Source of the DNA: Octopus sinensis
Lineage: Eukaryota
Direction: 5' to 3'
DNA length: 64,000 nucleotides
Assembly: GCF_006345805.1 (NCBI RefSeq)
Contig: NC_043009.1
Location: 4,340,001 to 4,404,000 of the forward strand
Of this stretch, positions 53,301 through 64,000 are shown one piece after another (position 1 is the first letter of the stretch; every line of letters begins with the position of its first letter). The position numbers and the translations under genes were made by a program. The notes below the pieces were generated by a model. It saw nothing but the letters and a program-made list of their open reading frames with translations. It had not been told where the DNA came from and ran no database searches.

Positions 53301-53801
53301 TTGAGTGAGAGCTGTGCATGACATCAAAGTGACACTGGAGTAAAATATACGAAGCCCAGTATACCCATCATGACTACCCTTCGGATAAGGGTGCATCAGG
53401 CACATGCATCACAACCATATGTGTGCGACATGGTGATCTCATATCAAGACAAACAGCACATGGCTTTGCAGATAGGGCCCAGTTAGAATTTTCTTCAGGT
53501 TCAGTAGCCCATGACACTCAAGGTGTCACTGAATAAGGGTTGTTTAAGGATGTTGAACAAAATACCCATGCTTCCAAAGGTGAATTATCCAAACCCCAAA
53601 GAATTCCTCCCAGTAACTGGCTATGATTCTCCCCCACTACTCCTGCTTGTGATCAGAGATGCACATATCGTCAGCCACTAAGGGACATGCTCAACTGGTT
53701 AAGGTCAAACAACTGACAAGCAAAATCGGTGGTACTGAGCAGAATATTTGCTGTAGCCCATCTTTTATACCAAGACGGAACAATGTACATAATAACACTT
53801 C
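53301..53801 (-). mobile_element. Retroposon family D, longer copy
   Basis: Matches 34765-35145 and extends further; flanked by (ATT)n runs. Confidence 0.8.
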
Positions 53802-53848
53802 CTATTATATTATTATCATTATTATCATCATCATCATCATCATCATCA

Positions 53849-53910
<62 letters not shown>

Positions 53911-54465
53911 TCATTTCCAACCTATATCTCTTCTCCGATTGTGAATGATAATCATTTCAAATTTTGTTGCTTCTATTGCTGTTCTATTTTTAATATATCA
54001 TTGTACTTCAATTAAATGCGATCAATATTTTAACCCAATTACAACCAAAATCATTGACCTAGATACTGCTATCAATGTTCCTCGTATTTAAAACATTATT
54101 TCGACTTGTTGATTCTATTAACGCCGACATCCTTACTATTTTTAGTATCAGTTTCGTTGTTTCTATTGTTACTATACAGTCTATTAACATTTTATACTTT
54201 TATACAACATGTTTATATTCTGGTTGCGGTTGCTTGGCAACAACACTAGAGAAGCGGGGAAAAATATCTTGAGGCATTTAGTTATGATTTTTTCCTATCT
54301 AAGTTCAAATCCCAATTGCGAACGACGTAACTTTCTTTCTTAAATAATTGATAAAATAATAATAATGATAATAATAATAATAATTTCAAGTCAAATGTAG
54401 GATAACATTCAATTATATTTCTTCTCTCAAATTGAATGATTTTGGCAAATTAATGTATTTTGTTA

Positions 54466-55135
54466 TCTATATATATAAATCTGAAGTTGTCTCTGTGTGG
54501 GTGTGGCAGGTTTAGTAGCCTTCAACTAACACTGTCTCCTCCAAGACCCAGCGGCGCAAGCTGACCAAAATTGAAATTATGATAGACGGCTTGCTCTTCA
54601 TTCCGTAGAAAGAAAAAAAATTCAAATCGGACCATTATTTGACTGCTATGTCGCCATTTTTCGGTGTATTTCAACCAGAAAAATGTTCACTTAAAGAGAA
54701 TAACAAGCTACATAATGCATAATTTTTACTTTTCAAAAATTCCAATTCTAAAGGGTTGAAAATAATTTTTTTGTGATGTCATGGATCTTGAGCGAACGAC
54801 GTATTTTCCTGTACTTCTTCTTAATGAAAACTGTTGCAGTGTTGACTTCCTAATAGATTTTCAGTGCAGTTCGAAACTTGAGCTTCATTTTGCTTTAAAT
54901 CTACGGGTAATATTTTCTCCATAATGTTAATAGACAGAATATTAACCAACAATATCAACAATTGATGTCGGCATTACACATTTGCAGCACATTCAGAGCA
55001 AACTCGAGCATCGTCACACTATACTTTTATTCATAGATTGAAACTATGTCAAAACTTTTTTAACGCGACATCAAAGTCTGCCGTTTTAAACGCAACTAAA
55101 AAACAAACCCGAGCAACGCCGGGCTATACTGGTAG
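54466..55135 (+). mobile_element. Non-autonomous Helitron (670 bp)
   Basis: 5' A|TCTATATATATAAA. 3' hairpin CCCG-AGCAACGC-CGGG (55108-55123), about 12 nt before a GTAG|T end (CTAG variant). No TSD. Confidence 0.7.
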
Positions 55136-55516
55136 TCTTTAGTTAAGAGAGAAGTCCGCGTTTATGACCCCTTGGCAGGTTAGTCGATACTATCGGGAGG
55201 GGAGAAGGTAACATCCGCCCTCCTTTCCTGTCTCGAATGATTGCAAAAGCGGACTCTCATTAATACACCCTAGATGCCAGTTGGTTTTAAGTTAGATTAC
55301 GGATTTTAGTCCACCATCCATCATTATTGTTTTAAATTTATGATTGAAATATTTAGTTATATACCTGTAGAAATGGCAAATTGCTGAACTATGAGCATTG
55401 CAATGAGTTGTTACACTATAAAAACTTGGTGATGTAGTGGTGTTGATTCATCAGACTTTATTTCTTGCTTAAGAAAATCTGCGATATGTCAAAACCGAGA
55501 AAGGATTCACATCAAT

Positions 55517-55518
55517 GG

Positions 55519-55588
<70 letters not shown>

Positions 55589-55770
55589 GGTGTGATGACG
55601 ACGACGACGACGATGATGATGATGACGACGACGATGAGGATGATGCTGTTGATGATGATGATGATGATGATAAGGATGGCGAAAAGAAGGTGGTGGCAGT
55701 TGGTAACAATGGAAAAATATGCTGATACTGACGGTGATGACAATGACCATGATGATGATTATGATGATGA
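55517..55770. repeat. (GAT)n/(GGT)n/(GAC)n trinucleotide repeats
   Basis: Directly visible. Confidence 0.9.
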
Positions 55771-56200
55771 ATGGGAGGAGACGGGGGGTGGCAGGGGATG
55801 TCAACTATTGATCCCCTGAGTCGTATTAACATGCCTTCTACATCTTTCCTTCTATGAGAATGCCAGTCTGTCAGAAATTTGTGTGCACATGACTATGATT
55901 GTGTTTATGTAGGTGTTTATGAATGGCCAAGGTGAGAGAGATTCTGTTTGCGTTTCTGTGTGAACGTCTGTATAAAAGGGCGTTTATCTAGCTTTCGGAA
56001 TTATTGCATCCATCGCTATAGGCATGTATATGCATGGATGCGTGTATGTAAATAAGTTTGTACACACACAAATACACACATACACACACACACATACACG
56101 CACACAAATCTGTGCGTGTGTTAGTATAGATAAATAAATAAATATATATATATATATATGCATGTATGTATGTATGTATGTATGTATGTATATATATATG

Positions 56201-56247
<47 letters not shown>

Positions 56248-56736
56248 ATGTATGTGCATGCATATATATACATATGTTTGTATTTATATATATATATATA
56301 TATGAGTATACATGTATGTGTATGTATATGATTGTGTGTATATGTGTATGTACATGCGTGTATATATATATATCTGTATATACATGTATGTGTATGTATA
56401 TATGAGTGTGTATATATGTATGTACATATGTGTGTGTGTGTAGCCTCAACATGGGAACGAGTTGACACAAGGACAGAACTAAGGAATATTTCATGAACAA
56501 AATGTTTGGATTCGGACAGGAATGCAATATTTCGATTCTCGCATCTTAAATCCGTTTGGATTCCCTCCGCCTACATTTACGATCGCCCTCACACCCCCAC
56601 GCTCCCTTCTCAGCTGCTTCCAGCTTAGATGTGTAGAAACTGCATGAATCACCTTGTTGGGGCGATCAACGACCGATGCATGACCTGGCTTCTCACTTGA
56701 TACCTTTACCATGATAGGGAAATGATGGATATATAT

Positions 56737-56776
<40 letters not shown>

Positions 56777-56792
56777 TATATTATATATATAT

Positions 56793-56847
<55 letters not shown>

Positions 56848-57960
56848 TATATAATATATATATATTATATATATATCTATATATATATATATTTATATAA
56901 ACATATGGAATGAGTAATAATATCTTCTTGGACTATGATGTATGTCCTTTCAAGGTATTTGCGCCAGCTCATATGCATATGTATATGCATTCACAGATGC
57001 ACGTATGCATGCAAACATATATATGTAAATGAATGTGCGGACGTGTTAACGTTGCTGTTATATGAGAGAAAGGATTGCATGAGAAGGAAAAGAAGTAGAA
57101 ATGTTAGAGAAAAAGAAAGAGAAGAGAGAGAGAGATATGCAGCAGGAAGGACGAGGCTTTAAGAATTATGTAGATATATGTGTGTGTTTGTGTGCGTCTG
57201 TCTGTGTGTATGTGTGTGCTTCTGAAGTAATGAAGAGGAAGGAGAAGAGAGAAAGAGGAAAAACTGTGAATGACTTATCGCAAGAGAAAAGGAGAAAAAT
57301 GTGAAGGAGAAAGGAAAAGGAGAACGATGGAACACTATTAAGGGGGAAAAATGAAAATAGATTATGGGTTGGGGGAGGGTGATTTGTGTAAGAAGGGCCA
57401 AAAAGTGACAAACTGACAGACTAACAGTGAGACAAGGAGACAGGCAGATATATGAAAAGAAATGGCTTTAACGGTCATTCCTATTACCAACAACTGCAGA
57501 ACATATGTTTTGTTCTCGATCCTTTCCTCAGAAAATATTCTTTAGTTCTTCATCTTAACGTTGTTGTTTTCCTCCCTAAGTATTTTTTGCTGTTTCACAT
57601 TTTCTGCTTGTAGATTCATCTCACATGTGATAGCGAGTTTCTCACCGACTTTACCTCTTCGTACGTCGTATCACCGTATCTCTTACTTTCTCACTAGACC
57701 TCTTTCTCTCTCTCGACTGCTTCCAATCGTTCACTATCTATCTATCTCTTATGTATGTATGAATGCATGCATGTATGTATGTATTCATGTATGTATGGTT
57801 GTATGCATGTATGGATATTTACATGCGTTAGACAATTTCTCACTTTATCGACATAATATAAATTTGTGGGCATTATTTTACCGAGCACTTCTGTACAAAC
57901 TGCCTATGTACAGTTATCTTAGTATATCTTTTTTAAAAATACCCTATCTATCTGTCTGTC

Positions 57961-58001
57961 AGTTTGTCTGTTGAAGAGCGTAGGCTCGAAACATCAAAAC
58001 T
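57961..58001 (+). ncRNA. Degenerate minimal type I hammerhead ribozyme motif (same family as 5554)
   Basis: agtttgt-CTGTTGA-A-GAGC(GTAG)GCTC-GAAA-CA-TC-aaaact. One core change (A6U). Confidence 0.5.
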
Positions 58002-58104
58002 TTCTATTCTTTCCAAGCGACAAACTAACACACTTACTTGTTCCCTTACCTGTCTTCGTCTTTTGTTTTCTGTGCGTGTAAACCAGACACACACACACAC
58101 ACAC

Positions 58105-58151
<47 letters not shown>

Positions 58152-58155
58152 CTAT

Positions 58156-58266
58156 GGGTACTCGTGTCTGTAGAGTGCACAGCTACTTAGACGTTTAATT
58201 TCACGAGCGGTCTGTTCTATCGATCGTATCAACTAGAACCTGCCTCGTTGTAACCGACGTAGTGCT
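58156..58266 (+). mobile_element. SINE family C 3' fragment
   Basis: Reverse complement of 22280-22390. Confidence 0.75.
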
Positions 58267-58843
58267 AGTTGACGAAGGAACCTCTCAGCCTTTGCTTCTG
58301 CTAGATATTAATTAAAAAATATACATACACTCATGCTTCGAGTTCCATCTTTCCTGTTTCCATGGGAAACATTATATATATAAACAACACACCACATACA
58401 TACATACATACATACAGGAATGGCTGTGTGGTAAGGAGCTTGCTTACCAATCACATGATAAATAGATAGATATAGATATAGATATATAGGGGGAGGGCTC
58501 CAAAAGGGGTCTCAGTGAGTAGCGTCTCTGTCTTCCTGGGATAGCTCTTCCACCACATTTCTAAAAATCGTAGCAGAGGCTTTGGTCTCGGGACCACTCA
58601 TGTCTAGAAACTGAGGTTGGAGGTAAGCAAGAGCATGCTCCCTCTACAAAATCCAAAGGAGAATGGGCACCAGCCAGCCCAAATGTTGGGGTGGGCTGCA
58701 CTTGCCTGCCGTAGTTGGTATGGCATTGAGGTAGATCAGGCCACACCAGTTAACGAGGACAAAACCCGGATTTAAAACAATGGAGGAGATATGTGTGTGT
58801 ATATATATTTGTTAATATAATACATGCCTGTATTGTATATATA

Positions 58844-58891
<48 letters not shown>

Positions 58892-59310
58892 TATAAAATT
58901 TAGATCAATATACTTAACACTGTTTACTAAACCGTGATTGTGTTGTTTGTTAGTTTTGTTTAGTTTATCTAAGCACAATGCAACGATATTACAATCTGAG
59001 TGTAGATTAAGCTTTAATACATCATCTATTGAAGTCAAACTAAACCAGCAATTTCCAAGAGGAGAAATTTGGGAATTCCAGTCGGAAAATTGGTTTCAGG
59101 CTGTTTTTTTCCTTTTTCTTTTTAATCATGAATTCATAGCGTTCTTGCTATATTCTCCATAATGGGTTTTTTTTTTGAGGCTGCTATTGTTAGATTAATA
59201 TGATAACAGAATTTTGTTGTTATGCAATACATTTCGTTGTACACGTTAGCTTTATGATGGTAAATCGAGAGGGTGAACAAGTAAACTTGTATAATACAGA
59301 ACAAATAATG

Positions 59311-59342
<32 letters not shown>

Positions 59343-59364
59343 CATAATAGAAATAATAATAATA

Positions 59365-59584
59365 GTCTTTTCTACTGGATACAGAAGGCCTCATATTTGT
59401 GGGGAGGGGACTAGTCGATTATATCGACCTCAGTGTTTCACTGGTACTTAATTTATCGACCGCCGCGAAAGGATGAAAGACAAAGTCCACCTCGGAAGAA
59501 TTTGAACTCAACATATAAAGACGGACGAAATGCCGCTAAGCAATATTGCCTGGCGTGCTAACGATTCTGCCAGCTCACCGCCTT
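59365..59584 (-). mobile_element. SINE family B, full length (older tail type)
   Basis: GTCGATTATATCGACCTCAGTG...GAATTTGAACTC...CTGCCAGCTCACCGCC. Confidence 0.9.
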
Positions 59585-59983
59585 AATAATAATAATGATG
59601 AGGAGGAGGATGATATGGATAAATAGATAAGAAATAGTAAATACTGAGCCAAGCTTATCAAAACCACACTCATTCCAGGAGGGCTTTACATTGTCTTTTC
59701 TGTCCCTTATACATTCACAGATGTGTATGTGCGCGCATATGTTGTAATTTCCACACATCCATTCCATACAGTTCCTACACCCATCTTCTTAAATTCAGTC
59801 CTACTTCTACATACCCCAAATTTTCATTATCATTAGTTTCGCGCTGTCTTTCAGTAAATTTCATGAAATGTGATTGAGGGAACTGAGAATATCCTGTGTG
59901 AATGAGCTAATCCTTCTTAACACGTATACGCACAGAGGTCGGTGAGAGTATTTGCCCTTGATACTTAGGATATTTCTTGAAAT

Positions 59984-60400
59984 GGCATCGAGCTGGCAGA
60001 ATCTTTAGCACGCCGGGCGAACTGCTTAGCGGTATTTCGTCTGCGTTATGTTCTGAGTTCAAATTCCGCCGAGGTCGACTTTGCCTTTCATCCTTTCGGT
60101 GTCGATAAATTAAGTACCAGTTACGCACTGGGGTTGATCGATGTAATCGACTTAATCCCTTTATCTGTCCTTGTTTGTCCTATCTGTGTTTAGCCCCTTG
60201 TGAGTAGTAAAGAAATAGGTATTTCGTCTGCCGCTACGTTCTGAGTTCAAATTATCCGAGGTCGACTTTGCCTTTCATCCTTTCGGAGTCGATAAATTAA
60301 GTACCAGTTACGCACTGGGGTCGACGAAATCGACTTAATCCCTTTGTCTGTCGTTGTTTAGCCCCTCTATGTTTAGCCCCTTGTGGGCAATAAAGAAATA
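59984..60400 (+). mobile_element. SINE family B tandem dimer
   Basis: Head followed by two ~185-bp units starting GGTATTTCGTCTG (60031, 60218), each ending AAAGAAATA. Confidence 0.95.
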
Positions 60401-60781
60401 ATAACTGTAGGGGTTTGTTGATTGACTTCAAGGCAGTAGTACTCGCCTAAGGAAACAGCACATTTCCTTAATTTTGTATGCTGTGATTTCGATGATTGCT
60501 TTATTAAATATTATTTATTTTACTCCTGCTTAAATCCCTTCGAAAAACAGATTTTGTAATTTAGTTTCTGATACTTCTTCATCTATTTCCCTTGCGGTAG
60601 TCGTTCAGGTATTTTGACGGTCGGAGATCAAATCCAGCCTACATTAATCATTCTGAGATTGATGATATATAACACTAGTCAAATCCTGGATATAAACTTC
60701 TAGCATGCACACACACATACGCACGTACGCACGCATGCGCACAGTTTGCTTTTGTGCCTATGTGAGACGCAACTATAAAAC

Positions 60782-61010
60782 GTGGCAGACTTGGTGAATC
60801 ATTAGACTGTCGGAAGAAATGCTTTGTATTTGTGCCGGCTCTTTACATCCTAAGTTCAAACCCCAACCGAGGTCAACTTTGACTTTCACCCTTCTGGGGT
60901 CGAAAAAAAATAATAAAAAATAAAGCGCCCTTCATGTGCAGCCAATTTTTCGATGGCATCGATTAATCGCCTCTCCTAAAAGTTTTTGGCCTTGTGCCTA
61001 AAACTGAAAT
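60782..61010 (+). mobile_element. SINE family B, diverged
   Basis: AAGTTCAAACCCCAACCGAGGTCAACTTTGACTTTCACCCTTCTGGGGTCGA. Confidence 0.75.
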
Positions 61011-61280
61011 AATTATTATGAGTATTATAATAGTAGTAGTAGTAGTAGTGGTAGTGGTAGTGGTAGTAGTAGTAGTAGTAGTAGTAGTAGCAGCAGCAGC
61101 AACAGCAGCAGTAGTTCAGTAGTCTGCAATAATAATATCTGATATTAAAGGAATAAAGAGAAATTAATACAAATAGCTGCAAAACATGAAATCAAATCAA
61201 CAAAAAACAACCTGTTTTCTGTCTTCAAGGAAGCCAGCAAATAATAAAATCACCACCACAACCACCACTGCCATCATCAG

Positions 61281-61282
<2 letters not shown>

Positions 61283-61311
<29 letters not shown>

Positions 61312-61354
61312 GTTGTTGTTATTATTATCATCATTATTTTTATTATTATTACTA

Positions 61355-61409
<55 letters not shown>

Positions 61410-61437
61410 TTACTATTATTTATTATTATTATTTTTA

Positions 61438-61487
<50 letters not shown>
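61283..61487. repeat. (ATT)n trinucleotide repeat
   Basis: Directly visible. Confidence 0.95.
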
Positions 61488-61541
61488 TCGTCGTTGTTGT
61501 TTTCCATTATATTTCACCAATAGCCTCACCCTCACACACAC

Positions 61542-61578
<37 letters not shown>

Positions 61579-62108
61579 ACACACACACACATTTTTTTTC
61601 TAACCATTTGCGAATCACGCCATGCTGCTTTTATTATTACGCATTCAACCCACCCAACTAATCCTTCATTCATTATTGATTATCGAATTCGTTGATGTTT
61701 TATTAGGGACAAAGGATCACAACAGGATTGCGTTTTCTTCATTTAAAGGATCAAACTCTTCACTTTCTCTTCTTTCACTAGGTTGTTAGTTTTTTTTTGT
61801 TTTTTTATTAGTTTTGTTTACTTATTTTTCTTGTATTGTTTGTTATGTTTTGTTACGCTTTCTCATTCCTCATATACATACAGTTTTACTACCTCTCTAT
61901 TTTCCATTGCCCACTCCTCATTCTGCCCCTCTCTCGCTCTCTCTCATTTTCTATTTTATTTCGCCTCTGATTTGTTTTTCTATTTATCATTATTATTATT
62001 ACATCCACTCAATATCTGTTTTCCTCTTCAATATTTGCCGTCTATTTTCTCTATATTATCTTCTTTCACATTGCTATATTTGCTTTTTCCTTCGTTCTGC
62101 TTCATATG

Positions 62109-62174
<66 letters not shown>

Positions 62175-62908
62175 GTATGTATATATACATATATATATAG
62201 ATATATATATATATATTAAGTCTACCCTCACCATATCACTTTATATTTCTCTCCATTGATATTCTCCCACAGCTACCATATTACCTGAGTTTCGACACCC
62301 CGCCACATCACCAACACCTTCTTTCAGTCTCATCCCCAACCCCAACTCACCTTGCTCTCCTTCTATGCCCTTCCCACACCACCACCTTATAAACATCTCC
62401 TTAAGTCATCTCTCCCCTCCACCACATTACGTTTCAATCTACCTCTCACCGCCACCTTATCCTTCTCACCTAAAAATCTCCCCACCCCCCACAAACATCG
62501 TCTTATCTTTATCTTCTCCAGCATCTTCCTCCACCCACCGCCCTCACCAATATATCTTTATCATCTTCAATCTCCACCCACCGCTCTCACCTTCTCGTCT
62601 GTCGCTCCTTCATTCTCGTCTCCCCACAACCATATTATCGTACTCACATTCAAACTCCTCTCCCCGCCACCATTTCATATCTCTCTCTTTCAAAAATCTT
62701 CTCCTCACCACCTGTGTCGCTCTTCTTTAAATCGCCTTTCCTTGTCACCATCGAAAATTGCTCTCCTTCATTTACCTCTCCACACTACCATTTTATGTTT
62801 CTCTCCTTCTGTCTCGTCTCCCTCCTCTCTTCTCACAAAAAAACCTCTCCACCATCATCGCCACCCGATATTCCTCTCCTTTAATTTTCCTTCTACCACT
62901 TCCAAATT

Positions 62909-62952
<44 letters not shown>

Positions 62953-63066
62953 TCTCACACACACTCTCTCACTCTCTTTCTATTATTCATCTACCACTCA
63001 GTTCTATCAAGGAACCCGCTTTCTATTCTTTCCATAGGTATGTACCCATTCGTTATACCCTCTTTG

Positions 63067-63127
<61 letters not shown>

Positions 63128-63178
63128 GGATTGATGGATGGATAGTTAGTGGGAGGGAGAGAGAGATATGATATGGTA

Positions 63179-63212
<34 letters not shown>

Positions 63213-63435
63213 ACTTCTCATCATGGCCTCTCTCTCTGCGAAAAACTGTAAGTTTCAAAATATTTCCCTAAATATATTGTAGATTATATCCTGTTGATAA
63301 GGTATGATATATATACCACACTAGCATTTAAAATTTACCCCGGATTAGAGGAAACGTTGGTCTTACCATTATGCTTATTCCATGCATCATGGTCGTATCC
63401 ACTCTACTATTCACTTGTTTCTTTTTCAGTTTCTC

Positions 63436-63470
<35 letters not shown>

Positions 63471-63650
63471 CTCTTGCTTTCTCTACCTATACCTCTCTCT
63501 CTCTCTCTCTCTCTATCTATCTGTCTGTCTCTGTCTGTCACTCCGTCTCCCTCTGTATATGTATGTATTCATCAATTCACCTCCCTCATTCTTTCTTTCT
63601 CTCTCTCTCTCTCTACAAACACACATATATATAAATGTGCCTATGCATAA

Positions 63651-63692
<42 letters not shown>

Positions 63693-64000
63693 TTATATAC
63701 CCACACACACCCACACAACCCACACACATATATATACATACATACATACATACAAACATACATACGTACATACGTACATACGAGTTTTTCTCTAGATATC
63801 TATCTGTTTCAAGCTAAGCCTGCCAAAATTCCTACAACTCCATATATTGTTCATCAAACCACTGGTTCTGCTAATCTATACAGATCTGCTTGTCTGCCAC
63901 GTTGTATATGTGAATACTTGTGTAATTCCTCCTAAAAACTCTTACACACAGACTACACATACACAAACGCATAAACACTACGTACAAATATACATGTACG

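Noticed and set aside
56480-56725. Unique, GC-richer block with an 83-aa minus-strand ORF
   Set aside because: No recognisable protein motif or splice pair; probably an old repeat fragment.
62352-63134. Longest ORF (260 aa)
   Set aside because: Pyrimidine-rich low-complexity sequence running into (CT)n and (TA)n, with a non-ATG start and no domain.

Overview
This is eukaryotic, AT-rich, repeat-saturated non-coding DNA, either a large intron or intergenic. The SINE families and the density of (TA)n/(CA)n/(TAG)n/(ATCT)n microsatellites point to a coleoid cephalopod, most likely Octopus (inference from recalled repeat sequences). No intact protein-coding gene is recognisable, and nearly all ORFs in the track are microsatellite read-throughs. 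Retroelements: about 20 copies or fragments of one tRNA-derived SINE (my label 'family A'), two further tRNA-SINE families (B, C), a fourth retroposon (D) and decayed LINE remnants. DNA elements: a deleted Tc1/mariner DDD transposon, several MITEs (mariner-like, pogo-like, Merlin-like with a perfect 8-bp TSD) and a non-autonomous Helitron. There is one 100-N assembly gap. The most interesting signals are: (i) a near-complete type I hammerhead ribozyme on the minus strand (32281-32343), plus two decayed minimal hammerheads of a second family (5554, 57961); (ii) a recursive-splice-site / RS-exon architecture at 41341-41421 (pyrimidine tract-AG|GTAAGT, 55 nt, then AG|GTAAGG); (iii) a ~280-nt SINE fold-back hairpin; (iv) tandem family-B units whose tails are repeatedly followed by GGTATT. 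Repeat boundaries were read by eye and are approximate unless termini or TSDs are quoted.
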